A model generated the notes under the pieces. The model saw nothing but the letters and a program-made list of their open reading frames with translations. It ran no database searches and was not told the DNA's origin. A program made the translations under genes and the position numbers. Positions 40,844 through 51,035 of a stretch of DNA of 64,000 nt are shown one piece after another; positions within the stretch are counted from its first letter, which is position 1, and each line of letters starts with the position of its first letter. This stretch comes from Halarcobacter sp. (lineage in GTDB: Bacteria > Campylobacterota > Campylobacteria > Campylobacterales > Arcobacteraceae): contig CP182352.1 in NCBI GenBank assembly GCA_048571215.1, forward strand, positions 896,001 through 960,000, read 5' to 3'.

Positions 40844-41914
40844 ATGGCTAAGTTAATATTTTGTTTTGATGGGACATCAAATGATCCCTCAGATTCTGCA
40901 GATTTTTTTGAAGATAGTAGCATTAGTAATATTTTAAAACTACATGCTTTATTTGGTGGTACTTTAAGTACTAAGTGTAGTAATAAGATAAATCAACAAG
41001 AGCAAAAAAGCTTTTATTATAGTGGTGTTGGTACAAGGGGAAATTGGCTGAGACAAAAACTTAATGCTATGTTTTCACCTCCACATGGTGAGATGAATGA
41101 GATTATAAAACAAGCAAAAGAGGATTTAAAACAGTTTAAGTTAGGTGATGAGATATATATATTTGGTTTTAGTCGTGGTGCTGCTATTGCTAGAATGTTT
41201 GCAGCAAAACATCTTGATGGCAAAAAGGTTAAGTTTTTAGGAGTATTTGATACTGTTGCAGCTATTAGAGGTTCTTTAGATTTGGATAGATCAACATATC
41301 CAGCTAGTGGAATATTATTTGAAAATGGTACTTTAGGAAAGCAAGTTGAAAAGGCATTGCATCTTCTTTCTATTGATGAAAAACGTTTAGCATTTCAACC
41401 AACATTATTTAATAAAGATGAAAGAGTAACTGAAATTTGGTTTTCTGGTGTTCACTCTGATATAGGAGGAGGGTATTGGTTTGATGCTCTTTCAGATATA
41501 ACACTGGATTTTATGTGCAAGGAAGCTAAAAAACAGGGTTTGAGTCTACTTAAAGCTGATGAGATTGAATATGATATATTTAATGAAGAGGATATAGAAG
41601 ATGAAAATAAAATCTGTATAGATGATATAGAAATAACACCTTTATTAAAAGGAAAATTACATGAACAATTACGCTCTACTATTGTAAATAAAACATTAGC
41701 TCCACGTTTTGTTCGGGTAAATGTTGATGATAAGTATTCAAAGGATCACTTACCAATTATTCATCACAGTGTTTATGAACGGTTTTTAGATGTAACAAGT
41801 TATAGACCATACTCTTTGAGAAATTGTAGATATAAAATCATTTTTAATAATGGAAAAATTGGTGAAGAAAGTTATCTAGGTATAAATGGCTTAAGAAATA
41901 TAAAAGTAGAATAA
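40844..41914 (+). CDS. DUF2235 (Tle1-like) alpha/beta hydrolase
   Basis: CFDGT.N, GVGT, GFSRGA, FDTV and GVHSDIGG. Confidence 0.92.
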   Translation: MAKLIFCFDGTSNDPSDSADFFEDSSISNILKLHALFGGTLSTKCSNKINQQEQKSFYYSGVGTRGNWLRQKLNAMFSPPHGEMNEIIKQAKEDLKQFKLGDEIYIFGFSRGAAIARMFAAKHLDGKKVKFLGVFDTVAAIRGSLDLDRSTYPASGILFENGTLGKQVEKALHLLSIDEKRLAFQPTLFNKDERVTEIWFSGVHSDIGGGYWFDALSDITLDFMCKEAKKQGLSLLKADEIEYDIFNEEDIEDENKICIDDIEITPLLKGKLHEQLRSTIVNKTLAPRFVRVNVDDKYSKDHLPIIHHSVYERFLDVTSYRPYSLRNCRYKIIFNNGKIGEESYLGINGLRNIKVE

Positions 41915-41992
41915 TTGCCTTTATAAACATCCAAATAAAGGACAGTTATTTTTTATTTCAAATAGGATAAAATCAAAACAAAAAAGATAGAC

Positions 41993-42559
41993 ATGTTTAA
42001 AAGTGATGATTATTGGGAAGAAGAGTTTATTGAGTTTGATGATAAGAATTTAGATTCTATCTATTTTGATAACTGCACCTTTATAAAATGTGATTTTTCA
42101 AAAAGTCTTATGCAAGGCTGTAAGTTTATTGAGTGCACTTTTATATCTTGTGATTTATCTTTGAGTGTATTAAAAAATTCCACTTTCAATGATGTAATTT
42201 TTGAAAAATCAAAACTGTTGGGGATTAGTTGGAGCTCCTGTGATGAACCTTTTGACGTAGTTTTTGATTCTTGTAATATTTCACAAAACTCTTTCCATCT
42301 TTTAGATTTACGTCAAATGAAGTTTATTAATTCACTTATAAGAGATACAGGCTTTGAAGAGTGTAATCTTGAACGAGCAATTTTTGATAACTGTAACTTA
42401 GAACAAACAGTTTTTATAAAGAACAATCTACAAAAAGCCAATTTTGAAACTTCAAAAAACTATTTAATTGACCCAAAACAAAATGATATAAAAAATGCTA
42501 TATTTTCTCTTCCTGAGGCTTTGAGTTTTTTAACTCTTCTTCCTATAAAAATAAAATAG
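41993..42559 (+). CDS. Pentapeptide-repeat protein
   Basis: Repeated C.F..CD[FL] pentapeptides. Confidence 0.92.
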   Translation: MFKSDDYWEEEFIEFDDKNLDSIYFDNCTFIKCDFSKSLMQGCKFIECTFISCDLSLSVLKNSTFNDVIFEKSKLLGISWSSCDEPFDVVFDSCNISQNSFHLLDLRQMKFINSLIRDTGFEECNLERAIFDNCNLEQTVFIKNNLQKANFETSKNYLIDPKQNDIKNAIFSLPEALSFLTLLPIKIK

Positions 42560-42672
42560 CTTCTTTATTAGATGATAATCTTTTTCCTTTAATAAAATTT
42601 ATTAATTTTACTTTAAAACTTTTTATATATACTTTCACTATCAAAAAATTAAAAAGAAAAAAAGGAAATAAA

Positions 42673-43269
42673 ATGATAGTAACAAAAAAAGCTCCAGATT
42701 TTACAGCAACAGCAGTAACAGCAGATGGTCAAATCGTAGAGGATTTTAATTTATATGAAAATATTGGTGAAAAAGGTGCAGTATTATTTTTCTGGCCTTT
42801 AGATTTTACATTTGTTTGTCCATCAGAGATTATTGCTTTTTCAAAAAGAGTAGATGATTTTAAAGAGAGAGGTATACAAGTTATTGGTTGTTCAATTGAT
42901 TCAGAGTTTGCTCACTTTGCTTGGAGAGAGACAAAAGTAGAAGAGGGTGGAATTGGAAGAGTTAAATTCCCAATGGTTGCAGATATTACAAAACAAATTG
43001 CAAAAGACTATGATGTATTATTTAATGAATCTGTAGCACTTAGAGGATCATTCTTAATTGATAAAGATGGAACAGTAAGACATGCAGTAATCAATGACTT
43101 ACCACTAGGAAGAAACATTGATGAAATGGTTAGAATGGTAGATACAATGATATTTACAAATGAAAATGGTGAAGTTTGTCCAGCAGGATGGAACAAAGGT
43201 GATGAAGGTATGAAAGCAAATAAAGAGGGTGTTGCTGAATACTTAGGAAAAAATGAAAGTAAATTATAG
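42673..43269 (+). CDS. ahpC: 2-Cys peroxiredoxin
   Basis: DFTFVCPSE and GEVCPAGW. Confidence 0.96.
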   Translation: MIVTKKAPDFTATAVTADGQIVEDFNLYENIGEKGAVLFFWPLDFTFVCPSEIIAFSKRVDDFKERGIQVIGCSIDSEFAHFAWRETKVEEGGIGRVKFPMVADITKQIAKDYDVLFNESVALRGSFLIDKDGTVRHAVINDLPLGRNIDEMVRMVDTMIFTNENGEVCPAGWNKGDEGMKANKEGVAEYLGKNESKL

Positions 43270-43278
43270 GAGATAAAA

Positions 43279-43596
43279 ATGGCAAAATATTTAGAATTAG
43301 ATCAAAGTAATATAGAAGATACAGTAAAAGAGGGTGTGACATTAGTTGACTTTTGGGCACCATGGTGCGGACCTTGTAGAATGATTGCTCCTGTTATAGA
43401 ACAGTTAGCCCAAGAGTTTGAAGGAAAAGCAAAGATATGTAAAGTAAATACAGAAGTTGAGCAAGACTTAACTGTAAAATATCAAATAAGATCAATACCT
43501 ACTATTCTTTTCTTCAAAGATGGTGAAATAGTTGACCAATTAATTGGAACAACTACAAAAGGTGCTCTTGAAGAAAAAATAAATAAATATTTATAA
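43279..43596 (+). CDS. trxA: Thioredoxin
   Basis: WCGPC. Confidence 0.96.
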   Translation: MAKYLELDQSNIEDTVKEGVTLVDFWAPWCGPCRMIAPVIEQLAQEFEGKAKICKVNTEVEQDLTVKYQIRSIPTILFFKDGEIVDQLIGTTTKGALEEKINKYL

Positions 43597-43601
43597 TATA
43601 T

Positions 43602-43631
43602 AAAAAGCAAGGTCTCTCCTTGCTTTTTTTT
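43602..43631 (+). terminator. Intrinsic terminator
   Basis: AAAAAGCAAGG-TCTCT-CCTTGCTTTTTTTT. Confidence 0.85.
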
Positions 43632-43750
43632 GCACTACTAAAATTTTCTAAATCCAACTACAATATTTATAAAATAAATATCTTTTTATTTTCTAAACTT
43701 AAAGATAATTTAGTTAATATTAAATAAGTCATAAAAGAAAAGGATCATAG

Positions 43751-43993
43751 ATGAATATATTAGTTTTTTTATTAATAGGTGCAATTGCAGGTTGGTTAGC
43801 AGGTAATATAATGAGTTCAGGAGGTTTTGGTCTTATAGGAAATATAGTTATTGGAATAGTAGGTGCTGTAATTGGTGGTTTTGTATTTGGCTTACTTGGA
43901 TTATCAGCTGGTGGATTTATTGGTTCAATAATAATGTCAACTGTTGGGGCTGTACTTTTATTGTATGTTGCAAAACTAGTAAAAAAAGCGTAA
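43751..43993 (+). CDS. GlsB/YeaQ/YmgE membrane protein
   Basis: IGAIAGWLA...G.G..GNIVIGIVGA.IGG. Confidence 0.92.
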   Translation: MNILVFLLIGAIAGWLAGNIMSSGGFGLIGNIVIGIVGAVIGGFVFGLLGLSAGGFIGSIIMSTVGAVLLLYVAKLVKKA

Positions 43994-44209
43994 TAAAAAC
44001 ATGTCTTGATATTGATTATATAAAATATAATCTTTAATTAAATTTTTTGATACATTTTTTTAAAGTAACAAAGGTGAAGCTAATTCTTGAAATATATACA
44101 GAGTCTTCATCTATAATAATAAGATTATTGACAACTTATTTATACTGCAATAATGTACTATGTCTAAAAATTTTTAAAATGTATAATTTACCAAAAAGAA
44201 GGGTAAATT

Positions 44210-44794
44210 ATGAATTTTGTATTTTTTCTACTATATTGTAGTTTGATGATAATAACACCAGGCCCCACTAATATTATGATTCTTACAACAGTGCATAATT
44301 ATGGAGTCAAAAAAGCTTTTGAGTTTTCTATTGGTGCATTATTCGCTTTTTTTGTATTATTAAGTGTATCTGTTATTTTTAATTCTATATTAATGAATTA
44401 TTTGCCAAATATTATAGTTGTCTTACAAATAATTGGAGCTATTTATATGTTGTATTTAGCATATCAAATTTTTAAGATAAACAATACTTCAAAAAAAGAA
44501 AATCAATTTTCATCTTTTAAAACAGGTTTTCTTATGCAATTTGTTAATCCCAAACCAGTATTGTTTACATTGACTGTTTTTCCAAGTTTTATTTTGCCCT
44601 ATTATACCTCTTTTTGGTATTTGACACTTTTTGTGTTATTGATTACAATTATTGCTTGTCTTGCTTTTTTATCATGGATTTTATTTGGAAAAGTACTAAA
44701 ATCTTTTTTGGATAGATATAATAAACTAGTAAATAACATAATGGCAATATTTTTAATAATATGTGCTATTGCAATTTCAGGGATATTTAATTAA
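44210..44794 (+). CDS. LysE-family exporter
   Basis: TPGP.N and GFLMQFVNPK. Confidence 0.92.
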   Translation: MNFVFFLLYCSLMIITPGPTNIMILTTVHNYGVKKAFEFSIGALFAFFVLLSVSVIFNSILMNYLPNIIVVLQIIGAIYMLYLAYQIFKINNTSKKENQFSSFKTGFLMQFVNPKPVLFTLTVFPSFILPYYTSFWYLTLFVLLITIIACLAFLSWILFGKVLKSFLDRYNKLVNNIMAIFLIICAIAISGIFN

Positions 44795-44804
44795 ATGAGT
44801 TATT

Positions 44805-45584
44805 ATGGATAAGTTCACTTATAAAAATAGAGTAGATATAACAGCACTAAAAGCAAAAATGGAAAAGTTTTCATATAAAAAACACTCCCATGAAGAGTAT
44901 GCTTTGGGTGTGACTTTAAATGGAGTTCAAAAATATAATTTAGATGGGGTTTCCCAAGCCTCATATAAAAATGGAGTAATGCTTTTCAATCCGGAACAAC
45001 TACATGATGGAGAATCAGGATGTAATGATGAGTCTTTAGATTATGTTATGTTGTATATTAAGCCAGAACTTTTTTTGGAAGCATTAGGTAAAAAAGATAT
45101 GGTAAAGTTTTCCTCTTCTATTGTATATAATGAAAAACTAAAGCAAGATATTATCAATCTATCATCTGCTATTTTATTTGAAAGAGATGAATCTTTATGT
45201 TCCGAATTATTGTTAAATATTACAGATAATTTCTCTACTAATGATTTTATTTTAGATTATAAAAAAGAGAATTTAATTGTCAAAAAAGCTAAAGAGATGA
45301 TTTATTATGAGTTGGATGATGTTTTAAATATAGATGAAATAGCAAAAGAGCTAAGCTTAAGTAAATTTCAATTTATAAGAATGTTTAAGGCAAATACAGG
45401 AATAACTCCCTATCAATTCTTTTTAAATTGTAAATTGATTCATGCTAAAATATATTTAGAACATACAAAAGATTTATATGCTGCTGTTGTGGAGTATGGT
45501 TTTACTGATTTGTCCCATTTTAATAGGCACTTTAAAAGAGTATATGGAGTGACAGCTTATGAGTATATTCAATCTTTAGTTTGA
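44805..45584 (+). CDS. AraC-family regulator
   Basis: HSHEEY cupin motif and GFTDLSHFNRHFKRVYGVT. Confidence 0.94.
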   Translation: MDKFTYKNRVDITALKAKMEKFSYKKHSHEEYALGVTLNGVQKYNLDGVSQASYKNGVMLFNPEQLHDGESGCNDESLDYVMLYIKPELFLEALGKKDMVKFSSSIVYNEKLKQDIINLSSAILFERDESLCSELLLNITDNFSTNDFILDYKKENLIVKKAKEMIYYELDDVLNIDEIAKELSLSKFQFIRMFKANTGITPYQFFLNCKLIHAKIYLEHTKDLYAAVVEYGFTDLSHFNRHFKRVYGVTAYEYIQSLV

Positions 45585-45606
45585 GTAAAAGGGAAGAGGG
45601 AAATTA

Positions 45607-46365
45607 ATGGGAATTTTTAAAATAATTATTTTGTTAAGTTTGTTTTTTAATTTACTATGTGCCAATGATAAAGAGTTGAAAAATATATTTGATAAAACAC
45701 AAGTTAATGGGACCTTAGTTATTTCATCATTAGATGGTAAAAAAGAGTATATCTATAATAAAAAAAGAGCAATGACTAGATATATCCCAGCTTCTACATT
45801 TAAAATACCAAATACACTTATTGCACTTGAGGAAAGAGTGATAAAAGATGAAAATGAGGTTATAAAATGGGATGGAGTTGTAAGGTCTTATGTGGCTTGG
45901 AACAAAGATCAAACTTTACAAAGTGCTATTTCAATATCTTGTGTCTGGTGTTATCAAAGATTTGCAAAAAAAATTGGTAATGATAAATATTTAGCTTATC
46001 TAAAAGAATTACATTATGGTAATGAAAAGACAGGTTCAGATGTGACAACTTTTTGGTTGGAAGGCGATTTGAAAATATCTACATTTGAACAGATAGATTT
46101 TTTAAAAAGGCTTTATAATAATGATTTGCCTTTTAAACAAAAATATATAAATATAACTAAAAAAATACTAACAGTAGAAAAAACAAAAGAGTATACAATC
46201 AAAGCAAAGAGTGGGTGGTCAGGAAAAATTGGCTGGTATGTTGGTTATGTGAAAAGTAAAAAGGGTGTTTGGTTTTTTGCCTTAAATGCTGATATCTCAA
46301 ATAAGCAATTAAAATATAGAAAAGAAATAGTATTGCAAGCTTTAAGAGTAAAAAAAATCTTATAA
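45607..46365 (+). CDS. blaOXA: Class D (OXA-type) beta-lactamase
   Basis: PASTFK, SCV, YGN, FWL.G.L and KSG motifs; signal peptide. Confidence 0.92.
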   Translation: MGIFKIIILLSLFFNLLCANDKELKNIFDKTQVNGTLVISSLDGKKEYIYNKKRAMTRYIPASTFKIPNTLIALEERVIKDENEVIKWDGVVRSYVAWNKDQTLQSAISISCVWCYQRFAKKIGNDKYLAYLKELHYGNEKTGSDVTTFWLEGDLKISTFEQIDFLKRLYNNDLPFKQKYINITKKILTVEKTKEYTIKAKSGWSGKIGWYVGYVKSKKGVWFFALNADISNKQLKYRKEIVLQALRVKKIL

Positions 46366-46433
46366 ATAAGTTCAATTAGTTATAGAGTTGTAATCTTTAG
46401 TTAATATTCTTTTTGATACACTTTTTCTAAATT

Positions 46434-46570
46434 TATTTCTCAGGGCAAGGTGAAATTCCTTACTGGTGGTAACTATACTTAATAGAAGTCCACGAGCGCT
46501 TTATTTTATAAGGGTCAGCAGATTTGGTGTAAATCCAAAACCAACCGTAAAGTCGGGATGGAAGAGAAAA
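46434..46570 (+). promoter_or_regulatory. FMN riboswitch (RFN element)
   Basis: TCTCAGGGCAAGGTGAAATTCCT.ACTGGTGGT...AGTCCACGAGCG...GCAGATTTGGTG.AA.TCCAAAACCAAC.GT.AAGTC.GGATGGAAGAGA, upstream of ribB. Confidence 0.95.
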
Positions 46571-46661
46571 TAATATGTCTTTTTATTGTTAGATGATAAG
46601 GATAATATATTCTATTAGCCCTGATTCAATAAGTTTACTTAAAAACAAAGGTATAACTAAA

Positions 46662-47297
46662 ATGAATCAAATTATGAAAAATAGTGATTTTAAATTAAAA
46701 GTTGATGGTGCACTAAAAACCTTAAAAGAGGGAAAAGGTGTTATTGTTGTTGATGATTATGATAGAGAAAATGAAGCAGATATTATTTTTTCTGCACAAC
46801 ATATAACAAAAGAACAGATGGCTCTTTTGATAAGAGAGTGTAGTGGTATAGTTTGTTTATGTCTACCTAAACAAAAAGTTGATGAACTTCAATTACCAAT
46901 GATGGTTCAAGATAATAATTCTAAATTTCAAACTCCCTTTACTATTTCTATAGAAGCAAAAGATAATGTCACTACAGGTGTGTCAGCACAAGATAGAGTT
47001 ACAACAATAAAATCAGCTATTTCAAAAGATGGTATATCAAAAATCGTTTCACCAGGACATATCTTTCCATTAAGGGCACATGATGAAGGGGTTTTGAAAC
47101 GTGCAGGTCATACAGAATCTAGTGTGGATTTAATGAAATTAGCAAAATTAGAGCCTTATGCAGTCTTATGTGAAATAACAAACCCTGATGGAACTATGGC
47201 AAAAGATGATGATATCAAAAACTTTTCTATAAAATATTCTATGCCTATTATCAGTGTTGAAGATATAATTAATTATAGAAAAACATTCAAGTGTTAA
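46662..47297 (+). CDS. ribB: 3,4-dihydroxy-2-butanone-4-phosphate synthase
   Basis: DD.DRENEAD, TTGVSA.DR, PGHIFPL and R.GHTE; start set after the AAGG RBS. Confidence 0.95.
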   Translation: MNQIMKNSDFKLKVDGALKTLKEGKGVIVVDDYDRENEADIIFSAQHITKEQMALLIRECSGIVCLCLPKQKVDELQLPMMVQDNNSKFQTPFTISIEAKDNVTTGVSAQDRVTTIKSAISKDGISKIVSPGHIFPLRAHDEGVLKRAGHTESSVDLMKLAKLEPYAVLCEITNPDGTMAKDDDIKNFSIKYSMPIISVEDIINYRKTFKC

Positions 47298-47328
47298 AGT
47301 TTTTGTATTTACAAAGTAAAGGGGTAGA

Positions 47329-48246
47329 ATGGAGATTTTAGAGGTATATAAAATTTGGGATAAAGCAGTACACAATGCTTTTACAGACTTGATTTGGTTT
47401 AATAATAGTTGGTATTGCACCTTTAGAGAGGGTGATAATCATGTTTGTGATGAGGGTAAAATACGAATTATTTGTTCTAAAGATACAAAAGAGTGGAAAT
47501 CTGTAGCCTTGATTAAATTTCCAAATGGAGACCTCCGTGATCCAAAACTTTCTATAACAAAAGATAATAAATTAGTACTAAATGCAGCAGCTCGTTTAAT
47601 TCAACCAATTAATGGAAATAAACATCAGTCTTTGACTTGGATCTCTACTGATGGAATAGATTTTGATAAACCTTTCACCTGTACCACTGGACTTGGAACT
47701 TGGCGTTGGAGAATTACAATAAAAGATGATTTAGCTTATAGTATAGCTTATGGTGGAAAAGATATCCAAGGGTGTTTATATAGTTCAAAAGATTGTAAAA
47801 GTTGGGAGATAGTAAAAAACAAGATTTATCCAGATGTAGAGTCTTTTGGAAATGAGAGTTCATTAGTATTTCTTGAAAATGGTGATGCTTATACTCTTTT
47901 GCGTAGAGATAAGGCTAGTTGTACGGCGATGTTAGGTTTTTCTAAACCACCATATACAACTTGGGAATGGAGTGATTTAAAGGTTCGTATTGGAGGACCA
48001 AAGATGATTACTATTCCTAATGAAAAATGTTTTTTAGCAGGTGTTCGTTTAAATGATAAAAGATTACGTACCTCTTTATGTTGGATTGATCCTGAAATGA
48101 GTAAAATAACTGAAGTTTTGACTCTTCCTTCCGGTGGTGATACTAGTTATACTGGACTTGTTTACCGGGAGGGATTCTTATGGGTTAGTTATTATTCATC
48201 CCATGAGGGTAAAACAGCAATATATTTTGCTAAAATAAAAATATAA
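47329..48246 (+). CDS. Sialidase-like (BNR/Asp-box) beta-propeller protein
   Basis: HNAFTDL, FREG..H, DLRDPKL, S.DG..[FW] boxes and GDTSY.G. Confidence 0.8.
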   Translation: MEILEVYKIWDKAVHNAFTDLIWFNNSWYCTFREGDNHVCDEGKIRIICSKDTKEWKSVALIKFPNGDLRDPKLSITKDNKLVLNAAARLIQPINGNKHQSLTWISTDGIDFDKPFTCTTGLGTWRWRITIKDDLAYSIAYGGKDIQGCLYSSKDCKSWEIVKNKIYPDVESFGNESSLVFLENGDAYTLLRRDKASCTAMLGFSKPPYTTWEWSDLKVRIGGPKMITIPNEKCFLAGVRLNDKRLRTSLCWIDPEMSKITEVLTLPSGGDTSYTGLVYREGFLWVSYYSSHEGKTAIYFAKIKI

Positions 48247-48268
48247 ATCAAAAAAAGGATTTAATACT

Positions 48269-49570
48269 TTGGATAATACTAGAACAGTTGGATTATGGGG
48301 TGCAATAGCTATTGGTGTTGGTGGAATGGTAGGAGGTGGTATCTTTGCTGTTTTAGGTGAAGCTGTATCTTTGGCTCACGGTGCAACTGTTATTGCTTTT
48401 GTTTTAGCTGGTATTGTGGCTTTATTTACCTCCTATTCTTATGCAAAACTATCTGTTAAATTCCAAACAAAAGGTGGAACTGTAAGTTTTATTGATGAGG
48501 CATTTGGACATAATTTCTTGTCAGGGAGTGTTAACTTTTTACTTTGGTTAAGTTATTTAGTTACTATCTCTTTATATGCAGTTGCATTTTCCTCTTATTC
48601 CCAAGCTTTATTAGGTTCTTCAAGTACATTATTAAGTCATATATTTGTTAGTGTAGCTATTATTTTACCTTTAATCATAAATCTTATTAGTGCTTCATTC
48701 GTAAGTCGTTCGGAGACTATTATTGTGATTATAAAAGTGGTATTATTGCTTGTTATTATTGCAGTTAGTATATCTTTTTTAGATATGCAAAGATTATCTC
48801 CATCTAAGTGGGAAGGTAGCTTTTCTATTTTGGTTGCAGGGATGATAATCTTTGTTGCATATGAGGGTTTTGAACTTATTGCAAATGCAGCAGAAGATAT
48901 AAAGAATCCAAAATCAAATTTACCAAAAGCCTTTTATGGCTCTGTTTCTTTAGTTATTATCCTTTATATTTCAATTGCAATTATTACAACTGGAACTGTA
49001 AGTGAAGCTCAATTATTAGAGGCAAAAGATTATGCTTTGGCAATTGCAGCTAAACCAGCCTTAGGAGACTTAGGTTTTACTATAGTTTCTATTGCTGCTT
49101 TGTTAGCAACATTTTCAGCTATAAATGCAACTATATACGGAAATGGTAGGTTAGGGTTGATTTTAGCAATAGATGGGGAATTGCCCTCTTATTTTAAAGA
49201 TGAAAAAAATAAAATTCCCACAAGAAGTGTTTTGATAACAGCTATATTTAGTCTAATAATGGCTAATAGTATCGATTTATCACAAATTGCTATTATAGGA
49301 AGTGCAAGTTTTTTATTGATTTTCTTTATAGTTAATATTGCTGCATTTAAACTATATAAACAAGTAGGAGCAAATAAAATTATTGTATTTTTATCTTGCA
49401 TTATTAGTCTTATTGCTTTAATAACTTTACTTGTACATACTTTTTTTACCAATAAACAATCAATAATAATATTTTTGGCTTTTATTGGTGTTTCTATATT
49501 ATTTGAGTATTTTTATGGACGAATGGTGCGAAAACATATGTTTAACAGACCATATGAAGAAAAAGAGTAA
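48269..49570 (+). CDS. APC-family amino acid permease
   Basis: GGMVGGGIF and FVAYEGFE. Confidence 0.92.
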   Translation: MDNTRTVGLWGAIAIGVGGMVGGGIFAVLGEAVSLAHGATVIAFVLAGIVALFTSYSYAKLSVKFQTKGGTVSFIDEAFGHNFLSGSVNFLLWLSYLVTISLYAVAFSSYSQALLGSSSTLLSHIFVSVAIILPLIINLISASFVSRSETIIVIIKVVLLLVIIAVSISFLDMQRLSPSKWEGSFSILVAGMIIFVAYEGFELIANAAEDIKNPKSNLPKAFYGSVSLVIILYISIAIITTGTVSEAQLLEAKDYALAIAAKPALGDLGFTIVSIAALLATFSAINATIYGNGRLGLILAIDGELPSYFKDEKNKIPTRSVLITAIFSLIMANSIDLSQIAIIGSASFLLIFFIVNIAAFKLYKQVGANKIIVFLSCIISLIALITLLVHTFFTNKQSIIIFLAFIGVSILFEYFYGRMVRKHMFNRPYEEKE

Positions 49571-49584
49571 CTTACTCTTTTTCT
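49558..49584. terminator. Perfect palindrome overlapping two convergent stop codons
   Basis: AGAAAAAGAGTAA-C-TTACTCTTTTTCT. Confidence 0.55.
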
Positions 49585-50948
49585 AAGTTATATTTCTCAA
49601 TCTCTTTGATTGTTTTAACAGCTGCAGAAAGCAATGATTCACTAAGTGCTGGATGAATATATAACATCTCTTTTAGGTGTCTAATATCATTGTCTATATG
49701 CATTATAGTTAAGACCTGATGTATCATTGTTGAACTTTCAGGTCCTATCATATGACATCCTAGTATCTCATAATTTTTAGGGTTTATTATAAACTTTGTA
49801 ACAGGGTATTTTAATTTTGTAGACATCGCTTTTGAACTAGCTAGCCAATTTGTAGTTGTAGCTATATACTCTAGGTTTTTCTCTTTAGCTTCTTGTTCAG
49901 TTATTCCAACACTAGCAATCTCAGGATCTGTAAAAACAGCATGGGGCATATATTTGAATTTTAGTGGGTCCTTACAATCTTCAAATAAAACTTTTCCTAG
50001 GTGATTTATCTCATATGCTGCTGCATGTTGTAACATATATTCCCCTGTAGCATCTCCTACTACATAAACACCTTTTGCATCAGTTTCAAAGAATTCATTT
50101 TTTTGTATAAAGCCTCTTTTATCTGTTTTTATTGAGGTGTTTTCCAATTTTAGGCTAGGGGAGTTTGATTCTCTTCCTATAGCATAAAGTACAGCATCAC
50201 AATTATGTTTTTTATTTGTACCATCTTTGTTTTCTAGTATTAAGTCAAATTGATTGTTTTTATAATCGATAGTTTTGATTGTTGTATTAAACTCAATATC
50301 AACTTTTTTACTAAATTGCTCTTTAAATATTTCAGAGATCTCTTCATCCTCTTTATTTAAGATATTTTCACTTCTTACTAAGAGTTTTGTTTTTATTCCA
50401 ACAGCTGAGAAAAAACCAGCTAACTCACAAGCTATAAAACCAGCACCAACTATTGTGATAGATTTTGGAATCTTTCCTTCTAGTGGAAATATATCATCGC
50501 TAGTCCAAGCTTTTTCATGTTCTGGCTCTTTTGGTTTTGTTCCTGTAGCTATTACTATAAGTGGAGCTGTTAGTTGTTCATTATTGACTTTTACAATGTT
50601 GTTTGATACAAAAGAACCTTCACCTCTAAAAACTTCAACATTTTCATTAAATTTATTTTTATACATTTGATCAATTTCTGAAATAAATTCATTTGTTTGT
50701 TTAAATATCTCTTTTGTATCAATATTGTTTATTTTAGAGTCTATAAAATGTCTACTTGATTCTTTTATAGCATTTGCAACATGGGCATACCCTATTAAGA
50801 GTTTTGAAGGGGTACAACCTCTATTTGAACAAGTACCACCTAATGCTGATTTCTCAATAATTGCAATTTTTTTACCTTTTTTTCCAGCACTTGCAGCTAA
50901 ATTACTAGCTCTTCCTGCTCCAATAATTATTAAATCAAATTTTTTCAT
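49572..50948 (-). CDS. Pyridine nucleotide-disulfide oxidoreductase (Lpd/mycothione-reductase-like)
   Basis: GGTCSNRGCTPSK, GAGFIACE and HPALSE; start set at MKKFD. Confidence 0.92.
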   Translation of the reverse strand: MKKFDLIIIGAGRASNLAASAGKKGKKIAIIEKSALGGTCSNRGCTPSKLLIGYAHVANAIKESSRHFIDSKINNIDTKEIFKQTNEFISEIDQMYKNKFNENVEVFRGEGSFVSNNIVKVNNEQLTAPLIVIATGTKPKEPEHEKAWTSDDIFPLEGKIPKSITIVGAGFIACELAGFFSAVGIKTKLLVRSENILNKEDEEISEIFKEQFSKKVDIEFNTTIKTIDYKNNQFDLILENKDGTNKKHNCDAVLYAIGRESNSPSLKLENTSIKTDKRGFIQKNEFFETDAKGVYVVGDATGEYMLQHAAAYEINHLGKVLFEDCKDPLKFKYMPHAVFTDPEIASVGITEQEAKEKNLEYIATTTNWLASSKAMSTKLKYPVTKFIINPKNYEILGCHMIGPESSTMIHQVLTIMHIDNDIRHLKEMLYIHPALSESLLSAAVKTIKEIEKYNLEKE

Positions 50949-51035
50949 TTTGTAACCTTTAATATATAGTATATAAAAATATATAAAACCTTTATTTAAT
51001 ATCATACTAATTAAAATCTTGGTAAAACTATATTT

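Noticed and set aside
40844..41914. T6SS effector locus
   Set aside because: DUF2235 is present, but there is no vgrG, PAAR or immunity gene nearby.
41993..42559. Qnr quinolone resistance gene
   Set aside because: Generic pentapeptide repeats only; Qnr-specific features cannot be confirmed.
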